Positions 48,962 through 60,268 of a stretch of 64,000 nucleotides of DNA are shown in pieces; position 1 is the first letter of the stretch, and every line of letters starts with the position of its first letter. Origin of the DNA: Malacoraja senta (Eukaryota). The notes beneath the pieces are model-generated. The model did no database searches. It was not told the origin of the DNA and saw only the letters and a program-made list of their open reading frames with translations. The DNA is taken from the NCBI GenBank assembly GCA_038087875.1, contig CM075988.1:18540001-18604000 (forward strand), written 5' to 3'. A program made the position numbers and the translations under genes.

Positions 48962-49360
48962 GGGCGGTACAGTGGAACGGCTGGTGGAGCTGCTGCCTCA
49001 CAGCGCCAGAGTCCTGGGTTCGATCCTGACCTCGGGTGTTGCCCGTGCAGAGCTTGCACGGATTCCCCGTGACCTTTTTCTCCGGGTGCTCCGGTTTCTT
49101 CCCACATCTTGATTAGTACAGGTGTCAGAGGTTATGGGGAGAAGGCAGGAGAATGGGGTTACGAGGGAGAAATAGATCAGCCATGATTGAATGGTGTAGA
49201 CTTGATGGGCCGAATGGCCTAATTCTACTCCTATTCCTTATGACCTTATGATCCTAAAGACGTGTGGGTTTGGTCCTCTGTGAATTGCCCCTAATGTGCA
49301 AGGAGTGGATGAGAAAGTGGGATAACAGAGGACTAGTGTGAATGGGTATCTGATGGTCTA
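48962..49360 (+). mobile_element. V-SINE variant with a CR1 3' tail inserted (~49108-49250)
   Basis: tRNA-like head, V-domain, alternative 3' part. Confidence 0.7.
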
Positions 49361-50104
49361 CCACACTCTGTAGTCTGGGCATTCGTGTTACCAAACCACG
49401 CAGCGATGCATCCGGTTACTATGTTCTCTACCGTACACCTGCAGAACTTCGACAGAGTATTCATCGCCAAATCTCCTCAATCTTTTAGTGAAGTAAATAA
49501 GGCAATTAACGCAAGCAAGTCCAGAGCTGCAGTGCAGATATTGAGTTTACTCGCGTTATTATGTGCAAAAATATAGTTCAAGTTTTCTTGCAATATCCCT
49601 TTTATTAACACAGAATAAATATTGTAATAAAGAGAACTTGTAATTACAAGGACAGAATTCAAAACGAGATGACAAAGGAATCAAATTGTACACCTATTGT
49701 ACCGTGGTGTCATTGTTTGGGATGGCTGACTGAAGATGTTCCTTAAAGCTAAAAGCGTGAATGATGTGTATTTGATTTGTTCGATCAAGATTTTGACGTT
49801 CAATGTCTTTCGCAAAGACTGAGAACTGAGCTGATTGAGAAATACTCAATGGCAGCCGGTGTAATTCTTATCACACCTTACTTTTTCTAACATTGTTCAG
49901 ATATGAAGGTGGCTATGATTTGATTCTGTACAAGGGAAGGGGTTAATAAATAATGTCTGCCATCGCCTTTTCATTTCGAGCATATTAAGTCAGCCATTGA
50001 AAAATAATAGTGGCACGCTGGTTTTTATGGATTGTACGTTGAAAGAATTGAGTTCTTTTATGCAATATTAAATACAAAATGGGATTTTGAACATAGAACA
50101 TAAT

Positions 50105-50380
50105 GGGGCTGCACAGTGGTGCAGTGGTAGAGTTGCTGCTTTACAGCGCCAGAGACCCGGGTTCGATCCTGATTACAGGTTCTGTCTGTACGTTCTCCCT
50201 GTGACTGCGTGGGGTTTTTCCGGGTGCTCTGCTTTCCTTCCACATTACAAAGGTTTGTAGGCTACTTGGATTCCGTAAAATTGTAAATTGTCCCGAGTGC
50301 GTGTAGGCTAGTGGTACTGTGCGGGGATCGCTGGTTGGCGTGGACTCGGTGGGCCGAAGAGCCGGTTCCCGCGCTGTCTG
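50105..50380 (+). mobile_element. HE1-type V-SINE
   Basis: Head with ggttcgatcc B-box, V-domain. Confidence 0.83.
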
Positions 50381-50988
50381 GAAATCTCTTAAGCACCACT
50401 ATCGTACCTGCCCCCACCCCTGGCAGTGTGTTCCAGGCACCCTCTGTGTAATAGAACATAATAGCATGTTGCTGCAGTACGTGGCAGAGCAAGTAGATGT
50501 GTGCTGAAGGGAACCATCAGGGACTTCACATCCTCCTGGAACAACGACCACTGAGTAAGAGGCAAAGTGGGAACTCAGCGGAGAAGATGATTAGCGTGGG
50601 CGTGAGGTTCCACCACAGCATGCATTGTCTCTCATCTCACATCAGGCCACCACCAAAAGGATAGCAGATTGCAGCCAGTGGAGGAGACACATCTCAACAC
50701 AATAGACTGCCTTTGGAGGTGGCAAAAAGTGGAAGACAAAATCAAAGATAGCTTCCCTCCTGAATAATTAATTTCCCATTTTACAGTTGAATTTCGACGT
50801 TATCTGCATTTTTGCACACAACTTATTTTCGCCTTTATTTATATTTTTATCTATGGAATGGAATGGATGTGAAACTTTTTCCTTGAAGTTTCACCCAATG
50901 TTCCTGGAGGTGCAGCAGGAATCTTAGAGTGTTGTGTAACAAGTGCGATGAAAGGGAAAATAATTGAATTGAATTGGTCAGTTGAGAA

Positions 50989-51295
50989 GGTGGCAAGGTG
51001 GCGCAGTGGTAGAGTTGTCTTTCCCTACTGCCCCAGAGACCCTGGTTCGATCCTGAATACGGGTGCTTGTCTGTACGGAGTTTGTACGTTCTCCCTGTGA
51101 CCTGCGTGGGTTTTCTCCGAGATCTTCGTTTTTTTCCTCCCACGCTCCAAAGACGTACAGGTTTGTAGATTAATTGGCTTGGTATAAATTTGTCCCCAGT
51201 ATGTGTCGGATCGTGTCAGTGTGAGGGCATCGCACTGTCGGAGTGGACTCGGTGGGCCCAAGGGCCTGTTTCCATGCTGTATCTCTAAAAAAAAA
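50989..51295 (+). mobile_element. HE1-type V-SINE
   Basis: Head, V-domain, tail. Confidence 0.85.
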
Positions 51296-51587
51296 ATGAA
51301 GAGGGACTGTTGGTTTAATGATGAACCCTGCCATCCTCGAATGTATTAAGAGCTGCAGAGCTGACATCTCATGGAATATTCGCTTCTCTTAACTCCACGC
51401 TGAAGACTTAGTTCTCGTCAGGACTGTATTTTGATATTCTCATATGCGTGGGCTGTAGACAGGCAAGAGAGCCCATGGCAAGTGGCAGTATTCCAGGCTG
51501 CTACACTGGATGTTGCAGAACAGAATTAGAGTAATTTACAGCAGAAAAACAAGAAACGGAGAACGTGACAGTGAAAAGGAGATACAT

Positions 51588-51905
51588 TGAGTCATAGAGT
51601 GACACAGCATGGAAACAGGCCCTTCGACCCAACTTGCCCACACGGACCAACATGTCCCATCTCCACTAGTCCCACCTGCATGCATTTGGCCCATATCCTT
51701 CTAAAGCTGTCCTATCCATGTACCTGTCTAAATGTTTCTTGATCAACTACCTCATTCCATACACCTACTACCTATTGTGTGAAAACGTTACCCTTCAGGT
51801 CCTTGTTAAATTATTCCCCCCTCATCTTAAACCTATGTTCTCTGGTTCTCGGTTCCCCAACACTGGACAAGGGACTCTGTGCGTCTACCCAATCCATTCC
51901 TCTCA
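51588..51905 (-). mobile_element. CR1/HER1 3' fragment
   Basis: Reverse-strand CR1 3'UTR sharing the HE1 tail. Confidence 0.7.
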
Positions 51906-52009
51906 TAGACGAACCCCAGTTCCCATCTCTGTTGAGTACAGCGCACCAAATGCTCATGTATGTTTCAAGTCAAGTCAAATTTATTATCATAGACTGTTTA
52001 TTGTCATAG

Positions 52010-52298
52010 ACTTTAGACTTTAGAGAAACACAAGCCCTTCGGCCCATGTGTCAGTACTGACCAACGATCACCGTACACCAGCACTGTCCTACACACCAGG
52101 TACAATTTACCATTTACAGAAGCCAATTAACCTACAAAGGTGTGCATCTTTGGAGTGTGGGAGGAAACCGGAGCAGCCGGAGAAAACCCACGCAGTCACA
52201 TGGGAGGACGAACAAACTCTGTACCGAACCGTGGTCAGGTTCGAACCAGGGTCTCTGGCGTTGTAAGGCAGCAACTCTACCGCTGCGCCACTGTGCCG
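52010..52298 (-). mobile_element. HE1-type V-SINE
   Basis: Homology to the other copies. Confidence 0.83.
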
Positions 52299-52779
52299 TC
52301 CATATGAACAACTGCAGTGAGGTATAGGTACAATGAAAACCTGGCTTGCAGCGCATCGCAGGGACATACACTCAGGCTGTGAGCTCCAAACCCCACTACT
52401 TGTTGGGTGGAAACACCTTTCCTCGCCTTTGGCCATGCTACCTGTTATCACAAGTCTTCAGCCCCTGGTTATTGAAGGGAAATAGGCTTTCCTTATTCAC
52501 CTTATTTAGTTCTCTCAACATTGTACGCAGCTCAATTCAAGCCTCCTCTTCTCCAAAGAAAGTAACCCTAGACTAGCTACACAGCCCCCAGCCCTGGCAA
52601 CCCCTGAGATCTCCTCTGCACCATTCCTGCTGCATTCTCATCCATTTATGGGTCGACTGTTACCAACACGACATCCTTTCTCTCACCACTGTCCGGGTGA
52701 CTGAATGCAACTCCCTGTGCCTTCTTCGCTGCGATACCCTGGGCAATATAAAACAGCTTTGCCGAGTTGTGTAGTATCA

Positions 52780-52990
52780 GTGTGTAGGAAGGAACTGCAG
52801 ATCCTGGTTTACATGGAAGATAGACACAAAATGCTGGAGTAACTCAGCGGGTCAGGCAGCATCTCTAGATAAAAGGAATGGGTGACGTTTCCGGTCGAGA
52901 CCCCTCTTCACCCGAAACGTCACCTATTCCTTTTCTCCAGAGATGCTGTGTGACCTACTGCGTTTTCCAGCTTTTTGTGTCTATCTTTGG
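52780..52990. mobile_element. Palindromic Penelope-derived element
   Basis: Inverted arms around ggtgacgtttc...gaaacgtcacc. Confidence 0.8.
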
Positions 52991-53239
52991 TGCAGTATCA
53001 GCGTTGGTTTATTATCATCACACGTTCTGAGATACAATGATAAGCTGTGTTTGCGCACCACCCAATCAATTCATACTACACATGAGTGCATTCATGCCAG
53101 AAGCAAGTACTACAGGTAGTACAACAAGCAGGAAGATACATGACAGCAGAATGTACTGTGACAGCATTATAGTGTTAGTTAGAGAGAAAAAGTGCAAGGG
53201 CCACACTGAGGTAGGTTGGAGAATCGGACAGTACCTTAA

Positions 53240-53540
53240 GGCAGCACAGTGACGCAGCGGTAGAGTTGCTGCCTTATAACCCCATAAACCCTGGTTCGAT
53301 CCTGACTACGGGTGCTGTGTGTATGGAGTTTGTACGTTCTCCCTGTGACCACGTGGGTTTTCTCCAGGTGCCCTGGTTTCCTCCCACACTCCAAAAAAGT
53401 AAAGGTTTATAGGTTAATTGACCTTGGTTAAATTGTCCCCAGTGTGTGGGATTGTGCTAGTGTATGAGTGATCACTAGTTGGCGTGGTTTCGGTGGGCCA
53501 AAGGATCTGTTTCCGCTCTGTATCTCTGAAGTCTAAAGTC
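53240..53540 (+). mobile_element. HE1-type V-SINE inside a Rex1 3' fragment (-, ~53005-53790)
   Basis: SINE homology; the flank reads CLGKAANIIKDPFHPGHFCFSPLLLGRRY. Confidence 0.8.
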
Positions 53541-54619
53541 TTATGGGCGGACCGTTTGTCAGTCTGTCAATAGCAGAGAGAAGCTGCTCCTGAATCTGGC
53601 GGTGCGTGCTTTCAAGCTTTAGTATCTTCTGCCCAACAGGAGTGGAGAGAAGCAGAAATGACCAGGGTGAAAAGGGTCCTTAATTATATTGGCTGCTTTC
53701 CCGAGACAGCGTGAAGTCATTGGGGGGGAGGAAGACAGGTCTGTGTGATGGACTGGGCTACAAGCACAACTCTCTGCAATTTCCATAAGCAATGAAGTCC
53801 TGTTGAGAGTCGTTGCAGTCATGTTATTCTTGTGTATTACTGCTAGCTCCAAAGACACAATTACTTGTCTGGCCACAGACAGAGACGGCATGTTAAATCA
53901 CAGCCTTGCTGTTCCCAGTCTCAATGACGACATGTATTTTTGGCTCATCTTCAGTGTAGATGAATGCTTTCGGATCCGATACTGATTTAGTGGGGAGGGG
54001 AGGAGCAGAATCTTCAGTGTTTCCATTTTAAAGATTGAGTTGAGGATTTATAGGGAATATAATTTAATGAGATGGATATATCTCAGTGACATAGGGCATG
54101 AAGGCTTGTGGTGCCCAGTCAGGGAGCATCAGGGGAATGAAGGTATGGATTAGATTTCAGCTCCCTGCCTTTTATTGAAGTTACATGGATAACAGGCTAG
54201 AAAGGCTACAAATAAAACCTCACCATCACCACAATTGGGATGAATTGCGAAGGGATAAGAGGCTGTTTGGCCCAATAAATCCATGCTGGCTTTTTGCCCC
54301 AGTCGACTGGCTTTATCTTGCACTAAAGGTTATTCACATTCTCATATGAATGAGAATGTGAATGACTCGATTATATTCTTACTGTCTTTCCGCCGACTGG
54401 TTATCATGCAACAAAAACTTTTCACTGTGACAATAAATTAATTAAGGGGATCATGACAGAGGCCTCCTCGTGGCGATCCCTGGAAGCGATGACGCGATGC
54501 ACTCTGTGATGCGTCGGGTGACAATTCTGTCAACATGTTGGACGACGGCAGAAGCCAACAGTGAACGACATCGTCTGACACATGAACGAACGAACTGAAT
54601 TAAACTGCTCCGGCATTGT

Positions 54620-55650
54620 CTCCTGTATTGCGTGCGGTTCTGGGCACCCCATTCCTGAAGGATGTGGAGGCTTTGGAGAGGGTGCAGAAGAGGTTTACCA
54701 GAATGCTGCCTGGATTAGAGAGTATGAGCTACAGGGCTCATGAGGTTGGGGAAATAGACAATAGACAATAGACAATAGGTGCAGGAGTAGGTCATTTGGC
54801 CCTTCGAGCCAGCACTGCCATTCAATTTGATCATGGCTGATCATCCCCAAGCAGTACCCCGTTCTTGCCTTCTCCCCATATTCCCTGACTCTGCTATTTT
54901 TAAGAGCCCTATCTAGCTCTCTCTTGAAAGCATCCAGAGAACCTGCCTCCACCGCCCTCTGAGGCAGTGAATTCCACAGACTCACCACTCTCTGTGAGAA
55001 AAAGTGTTTCCTCATCTCCGTTCTAAATGGCTTACCCCTTATGTGGATAGTTTTCTCTGGAGTGTCAGAGGCTGAGGGGAGACATGTTAGACACATATAT
55101 AACATTATGAGGCATCGATTTGGTAAACCGTCAGAACCTTTATCCCAGGATGGAAATGTCAAAGACTAGAGGACATAGTTTTAAGATCAGAGGGGAAATT
55201 TCAAGGAGACGGGTAGGGCTAATTTGTTGGGTGGTGCGTGCCTGGAACACACCACCAGGTGATGGTGGAAGCAGATAGGATAGTGATGTTCAAGAGGATT
55301 TTAGATAGGTACATGATGATGCAGGGAGCGGAGGGATTTGGATCATGTGCAAGTAGAGGAGATTAGGTTAAATAGGTTAGCTAAGGGAAGAGATTTGAAC
55401 TTTTTTTTCCGCCTTCCATCACAGTGAGGAATGTGGAGGAGTCACTGTGGTGGATGTTTATGTTAAAATGTATTTTGTGTGTTCCGTTGCTTTTTATTTG
55501 TATGACTGACTTGGCAAATGAAATTCCTCGTATGTTGCAAAACATACATGGCTAATAAAGTATTAATGAGATTGCGATTGTGATCATGTTCAGCACAGAC
55601 ATTGTGGGCCAAAGGGCCTGCCCCTGTGGTTTATCCCCTTCTATGTTCTA
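54620..55650. mobile_element. Old CR1 fragment (+) with a younger CR1 3' end (-, 54752-55040) and a GC-family 3' end (+, ~55390-55570) inserted
   Basis: KDVEALERVQKRFTRMLPGLE on +; IRGKPFRTEMRKHFFSQRVV on -; hairpin at 55415-55454. Confidence 0.72.
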
Positions 55651-56084
55651 TGTAAATGTACCAGCATTGCTCGCTATTCCCTGCTCTCGAATCCACTTGC
55701 CTGGTCACCACTTAACCGTACAAACTGTAGTCGTGTCAACTATTCCTTGTGGAGAAAGGTTCAACATTCCCACTACTTTGTGGTGAAAAAGATCCCTTCA
55801 GAGTAATGAGCACCACACTCTGACATGGTGAAATGTTAATAGAGAAATGCAAACCTGTCAAAAGAGTTCAGGCTTCACAAGTACACTCACTATCAGTTGC
55901 CTCTTTCATTCCAATTAAACTCACTTTAAGTCCTGGTACTGTAATATGACAGTGGAGTACCAGATTTCATTGTGGCATATTACCTTTAAAATCAAGCAGT
56001 ATCTGTGTGGAATGTTGATATGAGCAAGGAGGTTGGAAGGCATCAATCAGGTGGATTGATCTTAGAGTCATCGAGTCATAGAAT

Positions 56085-56610
56085 TATAGAAACATAGAAA
56101 CTTAGAAAAATAGGTGCTGGAATAGGCCATTCGGCCCTTCGAGCCAGCACCGCCATTCAATATGATCATCATTGGCTGACCATCTAAAATCATTACCCTG
56201 TTCCTGCTTTTTCCCCATATCCCTTGATTCCTTTAACCCGAAGCGCTAAATCTAACTCTCTCTTGACAACATGATACAGTGATACAGTGTCTTGATACAG
56301 TGGGGGAACAGGCCCCATCGGCCCAACGCCCACACCAGCCAACATGTCCCAGCTACACTAGTCCCACCAGCCTGCGGTTGGTCCATATCCCTCCAAACCT
56401 GTGCCTGTCCAACTGATTCTTAAATGTTGGGATAGTCCCAGCCTCAACTACCTCCTCTGGCAGCTTGTCCCATATACCCACCAACCTTTGTGTGAAAAAG
56501 TCACCCCTCGGATTCCTATTAAATCTTCTCCCCTTCACCCATGCCGTCTGGTCCTCGATTCCCCTACTCTGGGCACGAGACTCTGTGCATCTACCCGATC
56601 TATTCCTCTC
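56085..56610 (-). mobile_element. Two CR1 3' fragments
   Basis: (TTTCTATG)-type tail at 56085-56105; FFTQRLVGIWDKLPEEVVEAG. Confidence 0.72.
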
Positions 56611-56699
56611 ATTGTTAAGGGTTCCGCAGTTTGTGTTGCGTGCTTCAGGATTCTTTGCTGAATCAAACTTGTCATCAGAAGGAACCAGAGTTTCTCCAC

Positions 56700-58155
56700 G
56701 ACCTGCAGGTGCAGATGGTGAAGATGCCAGCGGGATCTCCCGGTTGACAAACCATGTTAACTCCACCTTCCCCATTCCCGTGCCGACCCTTCTGTCCTGG
56801 GCCTCCTCCTTTGCCCTAGTGAGGCCACACACAAACTGGAGGAAGGGCAGCTCATACAGCTTACACTCAAGGGTGTGAACGTTGATTTTGAAATTTCAAG
56901 TAATACCCCACTACCCCCTCTCATTTCCCCCACACCATCCCACGTGTCCTCCATCATCTCCCAGTCACCCAGCACCTTTTCTCTCTGTACATTCATCTCC
57001 CAACCCTAATCCCTTATTTATCCCTATCCCCCACTTCCCCCTTTCCCGTTCGATTTATATCCCTCCCACTGGCAATACATTTCACTCCCCTTCACTCCTT
57101 ATCTAACAGCCTTTGTCTCCTTTTACCTCTAGCTTTTCTCACCTACTCCACCTATCTGCCAATTTCATCTCCTCAACTGTATCCACCCATCACATAGTAA
57201 GTAAGTAAGTTTTATTTATATAGCACGTTTTAAATCAACTCGCGTTGAAACCAAAGTGCTTTACATAAAATAAATAATAAGTTTCCGTACATCCATAGAA
57301 AAAGATTTAAAAAAAAGAAAAATTGACACAACACAATTATAGAGTTCAACACAAACATCCCCCTACAACAGAATCAAAATTTTCCACTGTGGGGAAAGGC
57401 AACAAAAAGTTAAGTCCTCTTCCTCTGTGACCACCCGAGGTCGGGGCCCCTTTTGTGACCTCCGCAGCCAGTCCGATGTTTTCAGGCCCTCTTGCGTGAA
57501 GCTGGAACTCCGGCGTCGGGTGGACATTCCTCAGCGGCTTGGAAAGTCTGGAGCGCTGCCTCCTCCCCGGAGACCGCAGCACCCGAAGTCCTTAGGCCGC
57601 GCCGGTTGGAGCTCCGAGCCCGGCGATCTCGATCCCAAGCTCCGCGGTGTTCTAAATCTAGCGCTGCCCGCAGGCACAGCTCCTCGATGTTGGGAGTCGG
57701 CGGTCACAGCACTCCGGAGCTTACCGCACGGCGACCCGGTAAGGCATCGCCCGCTCCATGTTGGTGACCCAGCGCTGTGCCGCCGCCGAAGCTGTAGTCC
57801 CGGCCGGTCCCGATGGGGAACGCCGCTCCAGTCTCGATAGTAGGCCGCGAGGAAGGGGCGAAGAAGCAGCTCGGAGGGAAGCCGCCTCTCCGACCAGGCA
57901 GGGACTAGGAAATAAAGTTTCCCCCTTCCCCTCCCCCACCCACCACATAAAAGACCTCCAACTAACATTTTGTTTTTTAACAGGACTAAAAAATAAAATT
58001 AAAAAGGGAGAAAAGGCGGACATGCCAGGCTTTGCCCCGTCCCCACCTCTCTTTCCCAGTTTTCTCCCCCCACCCCCCATCCACTCCATCAGTCTGAACG
58101 AGGGTCCTGACTTGAAGCATCATCTGTCCATTCCTTCCTCAGATGCCGTCTGACA
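56700..58155 (+). mobile_element. Penelope-like element 3' part (GIY-YIG C-terminus + UTR), interrupted at 57196-58019
   Basis: HSRADPSVLGLLLCPSEATHKLEEGQLI...KGVNVDF remnant, pyrimidine-rich UTR, then a degenerate hammerhead CTGAACGAGGGTCCTGACTTGAAGC at ~58093. Confidence 0.75.
57196..58019 (-). mobile_element. GC-rich non-autonomous retroposon (copy 3; L2-like tail)
   Basis: Tail GTAAAGCACTTTGG...AAAACGTGCTATATAAATAAAA(CTTA)n; probable TSD ACAT; body similar to 45356-46374. Confidence 0.8.
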
Positions 58156-58898
58156 CAATGGTTCAATAGTCCCTTTATTATCACCTGTGCCAGGTCACTG
58201 TGAGATTCTTTTTCTACATACGGATCAGTAAGTTTGTTGATATACATAAGTACAATCCCGTTATGTACATAATGCATATAAATCACCCACTGAGTCTTTA
58301 TGCAAGAGTCGCCAGGTTTTGGTACCATTTCAAAGTCGCAACTGCAGCTGTCAAGGGTTATGGGGAGAAGGCAGTAGAATGGGGTTAGGAGGTAGAGATC
58401 AATCAGCCATGATTGAATGGCAGAGTAGACTTGATGGGCCGAATGGCCTAATTCTACTCCTATCATTTATGAACATGAGCTGGCCATAAAGGCCCCTTGC
58501 AGCCGTGCCTCTACCTGGTCGACCCCCAACTGTCGTTCCCCTCCTCGACCCACTGAGTTTCTCCAGCACGCTGTTTTTCATTCCCTACCATGGGCGGCAC
58601 GGTGGCGCAGCGGTAGAGTTGCTGCCTTACAGCGCCAGAGACCCGTGTTCGATCCTGACCACGGATGCTGTCTGTATGGAGTTTGTCATTTCTCCCTGTG
58701 CTTCAGTTTCCTCCCACATTCCAAAGACGCATAGTTGACAACAATTCTGGAGAAACTCAGCAGGTGAGGCAGCATCTATCGAGCGAAGGAAATAGGCAAC
58801 TTTTCGGGTCGAGACCCTTCTTCAGACTCCAGCATTTTTGTCTACCTTTGATTTTCCAGCAACTGCAGTTTCTTCTTAAACATAGTCTTTGTAGGTTA

Positions 58899-58990
58899 CA
58901 CAAAAATGCTGGAGAAACTCAGCGGGTGCAGCAGCATCTATGGAGCGAAGGAAATAGGCAACGTTTCGGGCCGAAACCCTTCTTCAGACC
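58899..58990 (-). mobile_element. 92-bp PLE-derived mini-element beginning with a hammerhead motif
   Basis: 14-bp TSD GTCTTTGTAGGTTA (58885-58898, 58991-59004); same family as 12829-12924. Confidence 0.87.
58957..58990 (-). ncRNA. Minimal type I hammerhead ribozyme motif (predicted)
   Basis: GGU-CUGAAGA-A-GGGU-UUCG-GCCC-GAAA-CG-UU-GCC: intact CUGANGA and GAAA core, UUCG-capped stem II, loopless palindromic stem III, short stem I. Confidence 0.72.
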
Positions 58991-60121
58991 GTCTTTGTAG
59001 GTTAATTGGCTTGGTGTAAGTGTAAATTGTCCCAAGACTGTGTAGGATAGCGTTAATGTGCTGGGATCGCTGGTCAGCGCGGACTTGGTGGGACGAAAAG
59101 CCTGTTTCCACGCTGTATCTTTAAAGTCTAAAGTCTACCTGGTTTATCTCTATGACTAATTTTAATTCACATCTACCAAACTCTTTGTATTGTAATGTAT
59201 GTGTTGCTGGCACCAACCACTAATAGTACGTTAATGGCCTAATTAGACACCTGCTGTTTATTAATGTGGATTATAATCTGGCAGTGGGTTTGCAAAATTC
59301 TGGGAAGAAACAAGTCTGCGATTTAAAAAAATCATAAATTCATTTAAATTTCATATTTTAAATCTAACTAATATACAGCACTATTCACACTTTTTGCAGC
59401 AAGTTCACTTCTCTTGCAAATACCAGTTGAATAATTTAAATATAAAACCATGTTTATTTTGGCACGAATAAAAGATCAGATTTCAAAAAAAGGGAGAGTG
59501 TGGTTTGTCGGTTCAAAAAGGTATGTTTAATAAAAGGCAGGAAATAATTTGGGAGTTCTTCAAGTAATGTTATTTAGATGGAATTGCAATAACTGTGGAT
59601 TTATTGTGCTATTGAATTTGGCAAATGGCTCAGGTGCTTTAGAGTGATGGGTTTCACAGTCATCCACATCTTCAAGGTGAATGTCAGAAAACTCAAGAGG
59701 TTGGTGCCTGGTGAAGTGGCACACCTGGTGACCACACATCTAGGAGCTTTCCCAGCTGCAGCTTCTTGCTTGAAGCCCATCGTCTTAATTTGAGTTTAGG
59801 ATGAGGGGGGACCTCATTGAAACTTACCGAATAGTGAAAGGCCTGGTTTGAGTGAGTGTGGAGAGGATGTTTCCACTAGTGGGAGAGTCTAGGACCAGAG
59901 GGCACAGCATCAGAATAAAAGGACGTACCTTCAGAAAGGAGATGAGGAGGAACCTCTTTAGTCAGAGGGTGGTGAATCTGTGGAATTCATTGCCACAGAC
60001 GGCTGTGGAGGCCGTCAATGGATATTTTTAAGGCGATTGACAGATTCTTGATTAGTAAGGATGTCAGGGGTTATGGGGTGAAGGCAGGACAATGGGATTG
60101 AGAAGGAAAGATAGATCAGCC

Positions 60122-60268
60122 TTCTTCTTCTACTTCTTCTTTCCTGTGGCGTGCGCAGCCTAAAGTTGTTGGACAACTTGTTCTATTTGATCTTCCGTTT
60201 GTGCACGTCGAGTTGATTGCATTAGTCGAAACAGGGCGGACCACGTGAAGGTTGCAATCTTCCACCCC
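60122..60268 (-). mobile_element. 147-bp short retroposon with (GAA)n tail and 5' HDV-like ribozyme
   Basis: 11-bp TSD ATAGATCAGCC (60111-60121, 60269-60279); no tRNA head; 3' end ...CGCCACAGGAAAGAAGAAGTAGAAGAAGAA. Confidence 0.9.
60215..60268 (-). ncRNA. Minimal HDV-like self-cleaving ribozyme (54 nt, predicted)
   Basis: P1 GGGGUGG / AA / P2 GAUUGCA / P3 ACC / L3 UUCACGU / P3' GGU / P1' CCGCCCU / G-U-UUCG-A / J4/2 CUAA / P2' UGCAAUC. Confidence 0.85.

Larger units (their letters stand above)
58593..59137 (+). mobile_element. HE1-type V-SINE carrying two PLE insertions (58736-58880 and 58899-58990)
   Basis: Near-consensus head gggcggcacggtggcgcagcggtagagttgctgccttacagcgcc; V-domain interrupted. 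Confidence 0.85.

Noticed and set aside
54440..54610. CpG-rich patch as another MITE
   Set aside because: No matching TIR pair or TSD found by eye.
58593..58665. tRNA gene (and similar heads elsewhere)
   Set aside because: The A/B boxes belong to HE1 SINE heads that continue into V-domain and LINE-like tail; no complete cloverleaf.
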